Assembly (NCBI GenBank): GCA_038245905.1
Contig: JBBRRY010000021.1
Span: forward strand, 8,424 to 72,423
Reading direction: 5' to 3'
DNA length: 64,000 bases
Origin: Thermoanaerobaculia bacterium
GTDB taxonomy: Bacteria; Acidobacteriota; Thermoanaerobaculia; UBA5066
Translations under genes and position numbers: made by a program
Shown: positions 53,180 to 62,124 of the stretch, in pieces
Position numbering within the stretch: position 1 is the stretch's first letter
Layout of the letters: the number at the start of each line of letters is the position of its first letter
The notes under the pieces: model-generated
Told to the model about the DNA's origin: nothing
Databases searched by the model: none
The model's input: the letters and a program-made list of their open reading frames with translations, nothing else

Positions 53180-55177
53180 ATGAGCACGAACGCCGCACCC
53201 GCCCCCAAGAATATCCGCCGCGAGGGGAGCGCCCTCGCCTGGGCGCTCGCGATTCTCGCGCTCGTCCTCCTCTCGCTCGCCGCGGGTCTCAAGGCCGATG
53301 GCAAGGAGTGGGGAGCGAAGGCCACCCGGAGCGAGACGTTCAACGCCTCCGGCGACCTCAAGTCCCTCTCCGTCGAAACCGTCAACGGCCGCGTCGAGGT
53401 CGTCGCGGGGACGTCCTTTAAGGCCGAAGTCGAGGTGACCGCCTGGGGCTCGAGCGACTCCGACGCGAAGAAGAACCTCGCCGACGTGAAGGTCCGCTTC
53501 GAGAACGAGAACGGGAACCTCGCCCTCTACACGGAGGAGTCGGGGGTGCACATGAAGCGGCCGGGCCGGGGCTGGAACGTCTCGAGCCGCGACGACCACG
53601 ACTGGCGGAGCGAGACGAAGTACCGGATCACCGTGCCTTCCGGCGTGACGGTGAACGTGTCCGCGGTGAACGGCGGGGTGAGCGTCGCGGGTGTCGCGGC
53701 CCCGCTCGAGCTCACGACCGTGAACGGCAAAATCACGATCGCGGGCGCCCGCCGCGACGCGAAGCTCAACACGGTGAACGGCGCGATCGAGGCAATCTTC
53801 ACGGACCTCCCGAAGGGCGCGGCCCTCGACGTTCGCACGGTGAACGGCTCCATCGCACTCACCCTGCCCGCGAAGGCGGGGTTCCGCCTCGAGGGGCACA
53901 CGATGAGCGGCGAGATCCTCTCGAGCTTTGCCTTCCCGGCCGCGGCGACGCCCGAGGCCGAACGCGACCGCGACGAGGCGAACGCGGCGCGCGACAAGAT
54001 CCGCGCCGAGCAGCGCAAGATCCGGGACGAGATCCGCGCGAAAGAGAAAGCGAAAGAGAAGCAACGCTCCCGGAAGGACAGCGACGACGACGTCGTGATC
54101 GACCTCTCCGAGCTCAACGAGGCGATGGCCGAGCTGAACCGGGAAATGGCGGACCTGGGCCGCGAGATCTCGCGGAGCATCACCGTGAACCTGAATCGCG
54201 CCTACGAGGGCACGATCGGGGACGGCGGCGCGACGGTCCGCGCGTCCAACCTCAACGGACGGATCGTGATCCTCGCCGAGGGGACCAGCGAGGCGCAAGC
54301 CCGGCGGCTCACGTCGCCCCGATCGACCCACCTCGTCGTGATCCCGCCCCTCCCGAGCGTCTCGCGCATCGTCGTGCGCGAGCACCCGGCGCCCGCACCC
54401 GCGCCTGCCCCGCACGCCGTTCCGGCCCCGCCGGCGCCTGCGATCGCCGGCGTGCCGCCCGCGGCTCCACGCGCGCCGCTCGCTCCGATCCCGCCCGATC
54501 CGTGGGGCCGCTCGACCGTGACGGGCGACGTCGCGGGCGACTACGCGCCGTCGATCGTCTCGGGCGACGTGACGGTGGGGAAGGTCTCGGGCCGCGCGAC
54601 GATCACGAGCCGCTCCGGGCAGATCCGCGTGAAGGAAGCCAGCAAGGGCGCCGAGCTCTCGACCGCGGGCGGCGACATCCGGATCGAGTCGTCCGGCGGC
54701 GAGGTCAAGGCCACGACGTTTGGCGGCGACATCCGCGTCGGCTCCGTCGCCGGCGACGCGCGCCTCGAGACGAGCGGCGGCGACGTCGTCGTTCGCTCGG
54801 CAGGCGGCGCCGTGACGGCCCGGACGGGCGGCGGCGACGTCGTTCTCAAGAAAGTCCGGGGCCCCGTCACGGCGCGCACGTCCGGCGGCTCGATCACGTG
54901 CGAGATCACGAGCGCCGCGGGCGCCGCCGGAGAGCTCGTGACGAGCGGTGGGGACGTGACGGTGACGCTGCCCGCGAACGCCCGGGCCGACGTCGAGATC
55001 CACGTGAGCGGCGTCGACCTCGACTCCGACTCCATCTCGACGCAGTTCCCGGAGATCGCGATCTCGCGCCGGTCCGGGCACATCGTGGGAGAGGGCAAGA
55101 TCAACGGCGGCGGGCCGAAGCTCATGATCCGGTCGAGCTCGGGCGTCGTCACGATCCGGAAGGGTCCGGCCGCCTGA
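53180..55177 (+). CDS. DUF4097 (Toastrack) beta-repeat protein with two repeat domains, a coiled coil and a Pro-rich linker
   Basis: TVNG repeats in the N-half; TSGGD repeats in the C-half; N-terminal TM; alternative start 53147. Confidence 0.88.
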   Translation: MSTNAAPAPKNIRREGSALAWALAILALVLLSLAAGLKADGKEWGAKATRSETFNASGDLKSLSVETVNGRVEVVAGTSFKAEVEVTAWGSSDSDAKKNLADVKVRFENENGNLALYTEESGVHMKRPGRGWNVSSRDDHDWRSETKYRITVPSGVTVNVSAVNGGVSVAGVAAPLELTTVNGKITIAGARRDAKLNTVNGAIEAIFTDLPKGAALDVRTVNGSIALTLPAKAGFRLEGHTMSGEILSSFAFPAAATPEAERDRDEANAARDKIRAEQRKIRDEIRAKEKAKEKQRSRKDSDDDVVIDLSELNEAMAELNREMADLGREISRSITVNLNRAYEGTIGDGGATVRASNLNGRIVILAEGTSEAQARRLTSPRSTHLVVIPPLPSVSRIVVREHPAPAPAPAPHAVPAPPAPAIAGVPPAAPRAPLAPIPPDPWGRSTVTGDVAGDYAPSIVSGDVTVGKVSGRATITSRSGQIRVKEASKGAELSTAGGDIRIESSGGEVKATTFGGDIRVGSVAGDARLETSGGDVVVRSAGGAVTARTGGGDVVLKKVRGPVTARTSGGSITCEITSAAGAAGELVTSGGDVTVTLPANARADVEIHVSGVDLDSDSISTQFPEIAISRRSGHIVGEGKINGGGPKLMIRSSSGVVTIRKGPAA

Positions 55178-55228
55178 CGCGAATGCATTACGGCAGGGCT
55201 CGGGCGGCTTCGCTACAATCACAGGGTC

Positions 55229-55837
55229 ATGGGTACGGCTACACCGCCTCCGACGCCGCGACCGCCCGGCGGCCGCCCCCCTTCGGGCGGCGAGCCCGTT
55301 GCCCAGACGACGGTCACGTCCCGCTTCCGGTTCGAGCAGCGCGCCGTATCGATGGGTCCCTCGGGAGCCTCGATCCTCCTCGTGATCGGCGCCGTCATCG
55401 TAGGAACCTGGCTCTATCTGAAGCCCCCCGGTGTCATCAGCGCTCAGTCGCTCCAGAAGTACGCTGGTTTCGAGTCGAACATGGAGGCGGTGCTTCTGCG
55501 CAGCTGCGCGCCGCCAGGCTGCGCGGCCGTGTATCTGACGCCAACGATTGGCAAGGGTTCGAAGGAGGCGCTCGCCGGCGCGCTCCAACTCTCGAACGAC
55601 CTCGAGCAGCAGGGGATCGAGTGTTTCGTCGTGATCGGCGAGGAGCCCGTGAAAGAGGCGGTCAAGCGCGCGCGGGGAATTCGCCGGCCCGTCGTCTTCG
55701 ATCCGCACGGACAGTGGGCGACGGAGTCCGGAATCGACAAGGCGCCCTACTGGATCGCGTGGCGCACGGGCGGAAATGTCCGGCTCCGAAGCCGGGAACC
55801 CGTTTCGGCCGCCGAGATCGCGTCCGCGATTCGCTGA
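55229..55837 (+). CDS. Membrane-anchored thioredoxin-fold-like protein lacking CxxC
   Basis: TM segment; PVVFDPHG...GIDKAPYW resembles TlpA/redoxin C-halves; TACAAT 9 nt upstream. Confidence 0.6.
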   Translation: MGTATPPPTPRPPGGRPPSGGEPVAQTTVTSRFRFEQRAVSMGPSGASILLVIGAVIVGTWLYLKPPGVISAQSLQKYAGFESNMEAVLLRSCAPPGCAAVYLTPTIGKGSKEALAGALQLSNDLEQQGIECFVVIGEEPVKEAVKRARGIRRPVVFDPHGQWATESGIDKAPYWIAWRTGGNVRLRSREPVSAAEIASAIR

Positions 55838-55845
55838 GGAGGCCC

Positions 55846-56433
55846 ATGGCCGCAAGCGCTCCGGGACCTGTCGAGCCTTCGCGCTACGAGGCCGCCCTCG
55901 GTAACGACGACCCTGTGGCGGCGATGGCTGAGACGCCGGACCTCGTCCGGAAGCTCCTCCGGGGGCTCTCGGAAAGGCAGCTCCGGGCGAGACCCGCGCC
56001 GGGCAAGTGGTGCATTCAGGAGATCGTCGCGCACCTCGCGGACGGTGAGGTCATTCTCGGGAGCCGCTATCGGTTCATTGCCGCGCACGACCGCCCCCCG
56101 CTGATGGGGTACGACCAGGACGCGTTCGTCGAGCGCCTCGGTCCGCTGAACGGAAAAGCCGTCGACCTGGCCGACGACTTTGCGATGGCGCGCGCGGTGA
56201 ATCTCGGACTGCTCGAGCGCCTGCCGGAGGAGGCGTGGGACCGTGTCGGCCTCCACGCCGAGCGGGGCGAAGAATCAATCCGTTCCCTCGTCGCGATGTA
56301 CGCGGGTCACGACCGGATTCACCTCTCGCAGATCGAGACGATCCGCACGGGACTGTTCCCGAGAGCTGGAAAGAAGCGTGCGGTTCGAAAGCCCGCGAAG
56401 ACGGCGCGGAAAAAAACTCCGAAACGACGCTGA
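55846..56433 (+). CDS. DinB/YfiT family protein
   Basis: PAPGKWCIQEIVAHLAD, YDQD and AGHDRIH His motifs; GGAGG RBS. Confidence 0.9.
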   Translation: MAASAPGPVEPSRYEAALGNDDPVAAMAETPDLVRKLLRGLSERQLRARPAPGKWCIQEIVAHLADGEVILGSRYRFIAAHDRPPLMGYDQDAFVERLGPLNGKAVDLADDFAMARAVNLGLLERLPEEAWDRVGLHAERGEESIRSLVAMYAGHDRIHLSQIETIRTGLFPRAGKKRAVRKPAKTARKKTPKRR

Positions 56434-57558
56434 TCACCCCCGCGTGAGGCGCGCGGCCCACCGCGCGAGCGGGGCCGCCGTCGGGCGCACCAGGCGCGAG
56501 AGGGCCCCGCCCGAGAAGAACGGGCGGAAGAGGCGGGAATAGAAGAAGCGCCGGCCCGCGATCTCGCGGTGGCGGCGTAGATGCTCGCGCCGGAGGCCCT
56601 GCGCGTCGAGGTCCCCCGACAGGAAGGCGGCCAGAGGTCCCGCCGCGGCGTCGCCGAAGAGCAGAGCGAGGGACATTCCAGTGCCGGTATACGGGTCGAT
56701 CACTCCCGCGGCGTCGCCCACGCAGAGCACGTCTCCGGCCAGAGCCCCGTGCGGGCCGAGGTGCAGCGGCTCCGAGACCAGCAGCGGCCCGGGGAGCGGC
56801 GTCAGCCCGGCGAGATCGGCCGTGAGGGCCGGACTCTCGCCCCGGAGCCGTTCGAGCAACGAATCGAAATCGTGATGGGCGGAATTTGCAACCCGCGAAT
56901 TAGAAAGGGCGGCGAGGTTGACGAGCCCTCCCTCGACGCGGGAAAGGCCGACATAGCCCCCTTCGAAGAAATGCAGAACGGCGCGGTTCGCGAGGTGGTC
57001 ACTCTTTCCGGCGAGGGTCTTTCCGAATCCGAATAGAGAAGATTTTCTCTGAATGAAAGTGCGATCGAGGCGGCGATCCAGGGAGCTGTAACGTCCCCAC
57101 GCGCCCACGGCGGTGCGCGCGGACAACTCCCATCCCGGGCCTTTCAGAAGAAATCCACGGTGAAGGTCGCCTTTGACCGCCAGAACGGTCGTCCCGAAGC
57201 GGATCTCGACGCCCGCGCGCCCCGCCGCGGCCGCGGCGACGGTGTCCAGCCGTTCCCTCGAAATCGAGAGGACGGGCGCGGGCAGATCCGCTTCCACGCG
57301 ATTGCCGCCACGCTCCACCAATGCGAATCGCGTGATCGTCTCCGGATTCGCCTGTCGAAGCTCTTCCTCCACTCCCATCTTGCGGAGGACCGGAAGTGCC
57401 TCGTGAGAGAGAAAGCATCCGCACACCTTGTGGCGTGGAAAGACCGCCTTCTCGAGGACGACGACATGCGCTCCGGCCCGCGCGAGCGCAGTGGCGGCGG
57501 CGGCGCCGGCGAGGCTGCCCCCGATGACGGCCACGTCGCAGCGAGCCTCGGGGTCCAC
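56434..57558 (-). CDS. FAD-dependent oxidoreductase (geranylgeranyl reductase/halogenase-like)
   Basis: DVAVIGGSLAG, FPRHKVCG, GGYVGL and GDAAGVIDPYTGTGM motifs. Confidence 0.88.
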   Translation of the reverse strand: MDPEARCDVAVIGGSLAGAAAATALARAGAHVVVLEKAVFPRHKVCGCFLSHEALPVLRKMGVEEELRQANPETITRFALVERGGNRVEADLPAPVLSISRERLDTVAAAAAGRAGVEIRFGTTVLAVKGDLHRGFLLKGPGWELSARTAVGAWGRYSSLDRRLDRTFIQRKSSLFGFGKTLAGKSDHLANRAVLHFFEGGYVGLSRVEGGLVNLAALSNSRVANSAHHDFDSLLERLRGESPALTADLAGLTPLPGPLLVSEPLHLGPHGALAGDVLCVGDAAGVIDPYTGTGMSLALLFGDAAAGPLAAFLSGDLDAQGLRREHLRRHREIAGRRFFYSRLFRPFFSGGALSRLVRPTAAPLARWAARLTRG

Positions 57559-57563
57559 GCCGG

Positions 57564-58256
57564 CTATGCGCGCTTCCAGACGAGCTCCCACACGAGACGC
57601 GAGATCGGGGTCACACGCGCGCCCGGGAGAGCCGTCCCGACAATCCCGGCGAACTCGGCGGCGGTGTAGGCCTGGCGGACGGAGGTCTTCCCGTCGAGGA
57701 CTGAGAGCCGGCTTCGGAATGCCAGAGGGCCGATGACGGCGATCGCGGCGAGCGCAAGCCGGTGGCGGGAGAGGTCGAGCGCGACGACGGCCGCGGCGGC
57801 GACGCGGCGCGACTCGGCGAGAATCGCGGCCAGCTCGGCGGGAGCGAAGTGATGCAGGAAGAGAGTCGACAGGACGACGTCCACGCTCCGGTCCTGGAAG
57901 GGAAGCCGGAACGCGTCCGCGGCCACGGCCCTTCCGCGATCGACGAGCCGCACGTGCGACGTCTTGCGGTCGAGGCCGAGGACGCGCAGGCGGACACCCG
58001 ATTCCGCGGCAGCCGCGAGGAGGTCGCGGCCCACGTGCCCGGAACCGCACCCAAGATCCAGGACGGAGAGCACGCCCTGCCGTGCGGGCAGGGTCGCGAG
58101 AAGCGGCAGGAGCCGACGCCTGACGAGAGCGCGCCCGCCGAGCCGCCGGTGCACCCATTCGATGTCGGCGAGGCTCGCCTCCGCCTCGGACGACGACACG
58201 CTGTCGCCGTCGAGGAGCTCCGGATCGGGACGCCGCTCCGGAACCCAGAAGCTCAT
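57564..58256 (-). CDS. Class I SAM-dependent methyltransferase
   Basis: PELLD, VLDLGCGSG, TLFLHHF and DGKTSVRQAYT motifs. Confidence 0.9.
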   Translation of the reverse strand: MSFWVPERRPDPELLDGDSVSSSEAEASLADIEWVHRRLGGRALVRRRLLPLLATLPARQGVLSVLDLGCGSGHVGRDLLAAAAESGVRLRVLGLDRKTSHVRLVDRGRAVAADAFRLPFQDRSVDVVLSTLFLHHFAPAELAAILAESRRVAAAAVVALDLSRHRLALAAIAVIGPLAFRSRLSVLDGKTSVRQAYTAAEFAGIVGTALPGARVTPISRLVWELVWKRA

Positions 58257-58272
58257 CGCCGGGGCCCGGGCC

Positions 58273-59532
58273 TCAGAGGGCCCGGCCGTTCTTGAGGACG
58301 AGCGCGGAGTTCTTGGACCCGAAGGCGATCCCGTTGCACAGCGCGAACTCGACCTCGGCCGCGCGCGCTTCGTTTGGAACATAGTCGAGATCGCACTCTG
58401 GGTCCGGCGCGTCCCGGTTGATCGTCGGAGGAAGGAAGCCGCCCTGCATCCCGAGAATCGTCGCCGCCATTCCGGCGGCCCCCGAGGCGCCCTGCGGGTG
58501 CCCGATCTGGCTCTTCACGCTGCTCCCCGGGATGCCGGCAGCGGCTTCGCCGAGCGCCTTCTTCGTCGCGCGCGTCTCGATGCGGTCGTTCAGGAGCGTG
58601 GAGGTCCCGTGATATTGCACGTAGTCGATGTCCCGGGCACCGATGCCGGCATCGGCAAGCGCCTCCGCCATCGCACGCGCCGGTTCTTCGCCCGATTCGT
58701 CGAGGCGGACGCGATGGTAGGCATCGCAGGTCGTGCCGTAGCCGCAGACCTCGGCAAGAACCCGGGCGCCTCGCGCGCGCGCCCTTTCCAGCGGCTCGAG
58801 GACGAACATCCAGGCGCCCTCGCCCAGGACGAACCCGTCGCGTCCCGCGTCGAACGGCCGGCTCGCGGTCCCTGGAGCGCCCTGGCGCGCCGTCGAGAGG
58901 ATCTGCATGAGCGAAAAGCCGGTCATGATGCCGGGGGTGATCACCGCGTCGCCCCCACCCGTGAGGACGACGTCCTCGTCGCCCCAGGCCACGAGGCGCG
59001 TCGCGTATCCCATCGCGTCCGCCGACGACGTGCAGCCCGTCGTGATCACGTGGGAACGGCCCTTGAGGCCGAAGCGCATCGAGATCTCGGAAGAAAGCGT
59101 TCCCATCGTCCCGGTCGGGATCGAGTAGACGGACGCCTTCTTGAGCTCGCCGCGATACCAGTGGCCGTACATCTTCTCGAAGAACTCCACCGGCCCGCCG
59201 CCGGTGCCGAAGACCACCGAGATGCGGCGGCGCTCCTCGAGGGACAGCGATCCGGTGTCGATCCCCGCGCTCCGGAGCGCCTCGGCGGCAGCGGCGATCG
59301 AGAGCGGCACGACGCGCGCGACGTGCCGGAGCTCCTTGGCGGGAAGGGCGGACTCGGGATCGAAACCCTTCACCTCGCCGGCGATCGTGACGTCGAGAGC
59401 GGTGGGATCGAAGAGCGTGATGCGCGCGACACCGGAGACACCGTTTCGCAGTCCTTCAAGGAACGCGGGGACGCCGATCCCGATCGGAGTGACGCAGCCG
59501 AGACCGGTCACGACGACGCGACGGCCCCTCAA
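58273..59532 (-). CDS. Beta-ketoacyl synthase (FabF/KS-alpha-like)
   Basis: RRVVVTGLG; TGCTSS (Cys); SRPFD...GFVLGEG; YHGTST and KSQIGH (two His); AFGSKN. Confidence 0.92.
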   Translation of the reverse strand: MRGRRVVVTGLGCVTPIGIGVPAFLEGLRNGVSGVARITLFDPTALDVTIAGEVKGFDPESALPAKELRHVARVVPLSIAAAAEALRSAGIDTGSLSLEERRRISVVFGTGGGPVEFFEKMYGHWYRGELKKASVYSIPTGTMGTLSSEISMRFGLKGRSHVITTGCTSSADAMGYATRLVAWGDEDVVLTGGGDAVITPGIMTGFSLMQILSTARQGAPGTASRPFDAGRDGFVLGEGAWMFVLEPLERARARGARVLAEVCGYGTTCDAYHRVRLDESGEEPARAMAEALADAGIGARDIDYVQYHGTSTLLNDRIETRATKKALGEAAAGIPGSSVKSQIGHPQGASGAAGMAATILGMQGGFLPPTINRDAPDPECDLDYVPNEARAAEVEFALCNGIAFGSKNSALVLKNGRAL

Positions 59533-60740
59533 AATGTGCTCTCGGCCGATCCGCGATGCACGGGGACGAGATCGCCCTCGTCGAAGGACGACGCGGGGGG
59601 AAGCTCGAGGAAGGCGTTCGCGCGCGCGTGGGCAAGCACGTCGTGACTGCCCTTCGTGGCGAGCGGCTCGACGATCTCGACGCCGTCGCGGAGAGTGAGC
59701 GACGCCGGATGAAATGCGAGGCGTGGTCCCTTGTTCCGAATGGAGGCCGCGAGGCGCGCGGGGAGCGCCGGAGGGAGAGGAGGCCGGATGCCGGCCGCTG
59801 CGCGCAGCGCGGGGCGCACGAAAAAGTCGAACGCGACGGCCGCCGAGACGGGATTGCCGGGCAGCCCGAAGACGAGAGTCGCTCCCATCGTCGCGAAGAG
59901 CACGGGCTTCGCCGGACGAATCGCGACCTTGTGGAAACGAATCGAGGCGCCCGCGGCTTCGAGGGCGGCGGCAACGAAGTCGTAGTCGCCCGCCGACACT
60001 CCTCCGGTCGTGAGGAGAACGTCGTCGCGACGCGAGAGCGCGGCGCGGAGCGTCTTCAGGAGGACGGCCTCCGTGTCGCCCGCGACGCCGAGGTCCGTCA
60101 CCTCCGCGCCCGCGTGCCGGAGCGCGCTGATCAGGAGGGGCCCGTTCGTATTGCGGATCTGCGCGGGGCCCGGCGTCGCGCCGGACGCGACGATCTCGTC
60201 CCCGGTCACGAGCACGGCGGCACGCACCGGGCGCGCGACCCGGACCGTGGCACGCCCGGCAGCCGCTGCGAGGACGAGGTCGGCGGGAGTCAGGCGGCGG
60301 CCTGCGGAAAGAAGCAGGGCGCCCTTCGGAAACACCTCTCCGCGGAGGCGAACGTGCGCGCCGGGACGCGGCGCGACGTCGAGCCTCACGATGTCAGTGT
60401 CGATCTCGACCGCGTCCTCGACGGGGACGACGGCGTCGCTGCCCGGTGGCATCGGGGCGCCGGTCATCACCTTCCAGGCGGCGCTCTCAGGAAGAGTCCC
60501 AGGGACGCTGCCGGCGCCCGCGGCGCCGGCGCGCGCGACGAGCGCCGGTATCTTCTTGACGTCGGTCGCGCGAACGGCCCATCCGTCCATCGCCGTCGTA
60601 TCGAACGGAGGGAGCGGCAGATCCGCGGCGACGTCCTCGGCGAGCACCCGTCCCGCGGCGTCGGCGAGGGGCAGCTCGACTGCGGCGAGCGGCGTGACGG
60701 CGCCGAGGACGATGGCGAGGGCGTCGTCGAATGCGAGCAC
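59529..60740 (-). CDS. moeA: Molybdopterin molybdotransferase
   Basis: PPFDTTAMDGWAV, TGAPMP, TGDE, TTGGVSAGDYD and GLPGNP motifs. Confidence 0.95.
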   Translation of the reverse strand: MLAFDDALAIVLGAVTPLAAVELPLADAAGRVLAEDVAADLPLPPFDTTAMDGWAVRATDVKKIPALVARAGAAGAGSVPGTLPESAAWKVMTGAPMPPGSDAVVPVEDAVEIDTDIVRLDVAPRPGAHVRLRGEVFPKGALLLSAGRRLTPADLVLAAAAGRATVRVARPVRAAVLVTGDEIVASGATPGPAQIRNTNGPLLISALRHAGAEVTDLGVAGDTEAVLLKTLRAALSRRDDVLLTTGGVSAGDYDFVAAALEAAGASIRFHKVAIRPAKPVLFATMGATLVFGLPGNPVSAAVAFDFFVRPALRAAAGIRPPLPPALPARLAASIRNKGPRLAFHPASLTLRDGVEIVEPLATKGSHDVLAHARANAFLELPPASSFDEGDLVPVHRGSAESTF

Positions 60741-60794
60741 GGGGCTGATCGTAGCAAGGCGGCGGCAGGCGTCCGTGAGTAGAATCCCCCGAAC

Positions 60795-61598
60795 GTGACG
60801 GAGTCCCCGTTTCAGTACACGGGCGATCTCGGGGAAGAACCGCTTCCCGAGATCCTCCGGACGATTCATCACTACCGCGTTCCCGGGGTCGTCACGGCCA
60901 CGTCCGGCGAGGTCGTCAAGAAGATCTACCTCATGGGAGGGAACGTGATCTTCGCGACGTCGTCGGATCTCAGGGACTCTCTCGGCGCCTATCTAAAGCA
61001 GAGCGCGCTCGTCTCGTCCGCCGAGCTGCGCCTGTCGGTCGACCGGATCGACGCCTCACAGGGCAGGCGCCACGGCGAACTGCTCGTCGAGATGGGAGTC
61101 CTGACGCCCGAGCTGCTTCGGCAGATCGTCACCGAGCAGGTGAAAGCCATCCTGAACTCGGTCTTCTCGTGGGAAACGGGCAGCGTGACGTTCGAGGTCG
61201 GGGGCTTCCGAAAGGACGAGCTCATCCAGCTCGACGTGTCCACGCCGCAGGCGATTGCCGACGGCATCCGGCTGCTGCCCGATCCGCGCCGTGTCGTCCT
61301 CCGTCTCGGGCCGTCATGGACGGTGTTCGACCGTGGCGAGGTGTCCGCCGAGAGCAGTGGGGTCTCCTGGAACGCCGCCGAATTGAAGCTCCTCTCGCTG
61401 GTGGACGGGCGGCGCACGCTACGCGACCTCATCACCGCAGGGCCTGGCGACGTTTCGACGAATGCAAAGCTGATCTATGCTTTCTGGGTGCTGCACCTCG
61501 TGACGCGCCGCGACGTCAACACGAGCGGCATCAAGCGCATTCAGTGGAAAACGACCTCCGGCGGCCATCCCGTCGCGGGCGGAGGCTCTTCCGGCTGA
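60795..61598 (+). CDS. DUF4388 (PatA-N-like) domain protein
   Basis: GDLGEEPLPEILRTI, GNVIFATS, GELLVEMG and FSWETGSVTF motifs. Confidence 0.85.
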   Translation: MTESPFQYTGDLGEEPLPEILRTIHHYRVPGVVTATSGEVVKKIYLMGGNVIFATSSDLRDSLGAYLKQSALVSSAELRLSVDRIDASQGRRHGELLVEMGVLTPELLRQIVTEQVKAILNSVFSWETGSVTFEVGGFRKDELIQLDVSTPQAIADGIRLLPDPRRVVLRLGPSWTVFDRGEVSAESSGVSWNAAELKLLSLVDGRRTLRDLITAGPGDVSTNAKLIYAFWVLHLVTRRDVNTSGIKRIQWKTTSGGHPVAGGGSSG

Positions 61599-61631
61599 CG
61601 GCGCCCGGCATCGAAAGGAAAAGCAGGACTC

Positions 61632-62069
61632 ATGCCTCTATACGAATACCAGTGCAAGAAATGCGGCAAGAAGTCGGAGTTCATCCAGAACTTCTCCGAC
61701 CCGCACGAGACGAAGTGTCCCCGGTGCGGCGGCTTGCTGAAAAAGCTGCTTTCCTCTCCGGCGGTCCAGTTCAAGGGTTCCGGCTTTTACGCGACGGACT
61801 ACGCGAAGCCGGGCTCGCGGAGCGAAGACTCGACAGGCGAGAAAAGCGAGAAAAGCGAAGAGAAGAGAGATTCTTCGAAAGGGGAAGAGGGAAAGAGCGG
61901 CGCGAGCGAGGCGGGCGCGGATGCGCCGAGCGAGCGGAAGAAGGAGAAAGAGGGAGATTCTTCGAAGGGGAACAGGGAAGGCGGTGGCGAAACGGCCGCG
62001 GCTTCGCCAGCTCCCGCTGGAAAGACCTCCCCCGCGCCTTCAAAGAAGAAAAAAGGCGATAGGAAGTAA
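61632..62069 (+). CDS. FmdB family zinc-ribbon protein with a low-complexity tail
   Basis: MPLYEYQCKKCG...CPRCGG...FKGSGFYATDY. Confidence 0.92.
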   Translation: MPLYEYQCKKCGKKSEFIQNFSDPHETKCPRCGGLLKKLLSSPAVQFKGSGFYATDYAKPGSRSEDSTGEKSEKSEEKRDSSKGEEGKSGASEAGADAPSERKKEKEGDSSKGNREGGGETAAASPAPAGKTSPAPSKKKKGDRK

Positions 62070-62124
62070 CAGCGGCGTCTCTCGCGCGCGGCCCGACTTT
62101 CCATTCTTCCCGCTAAACTCTCTC

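Noticed and set aside
53380-55150. Periodic GTGAACGGC and GGCGGCGAC repeats as a DNA repeat array or CRISPR
   Set aside because: Explained by TVNG/TSGGD protein repeats of DUF4097; no constant repeat-spacer structure and no cas genes
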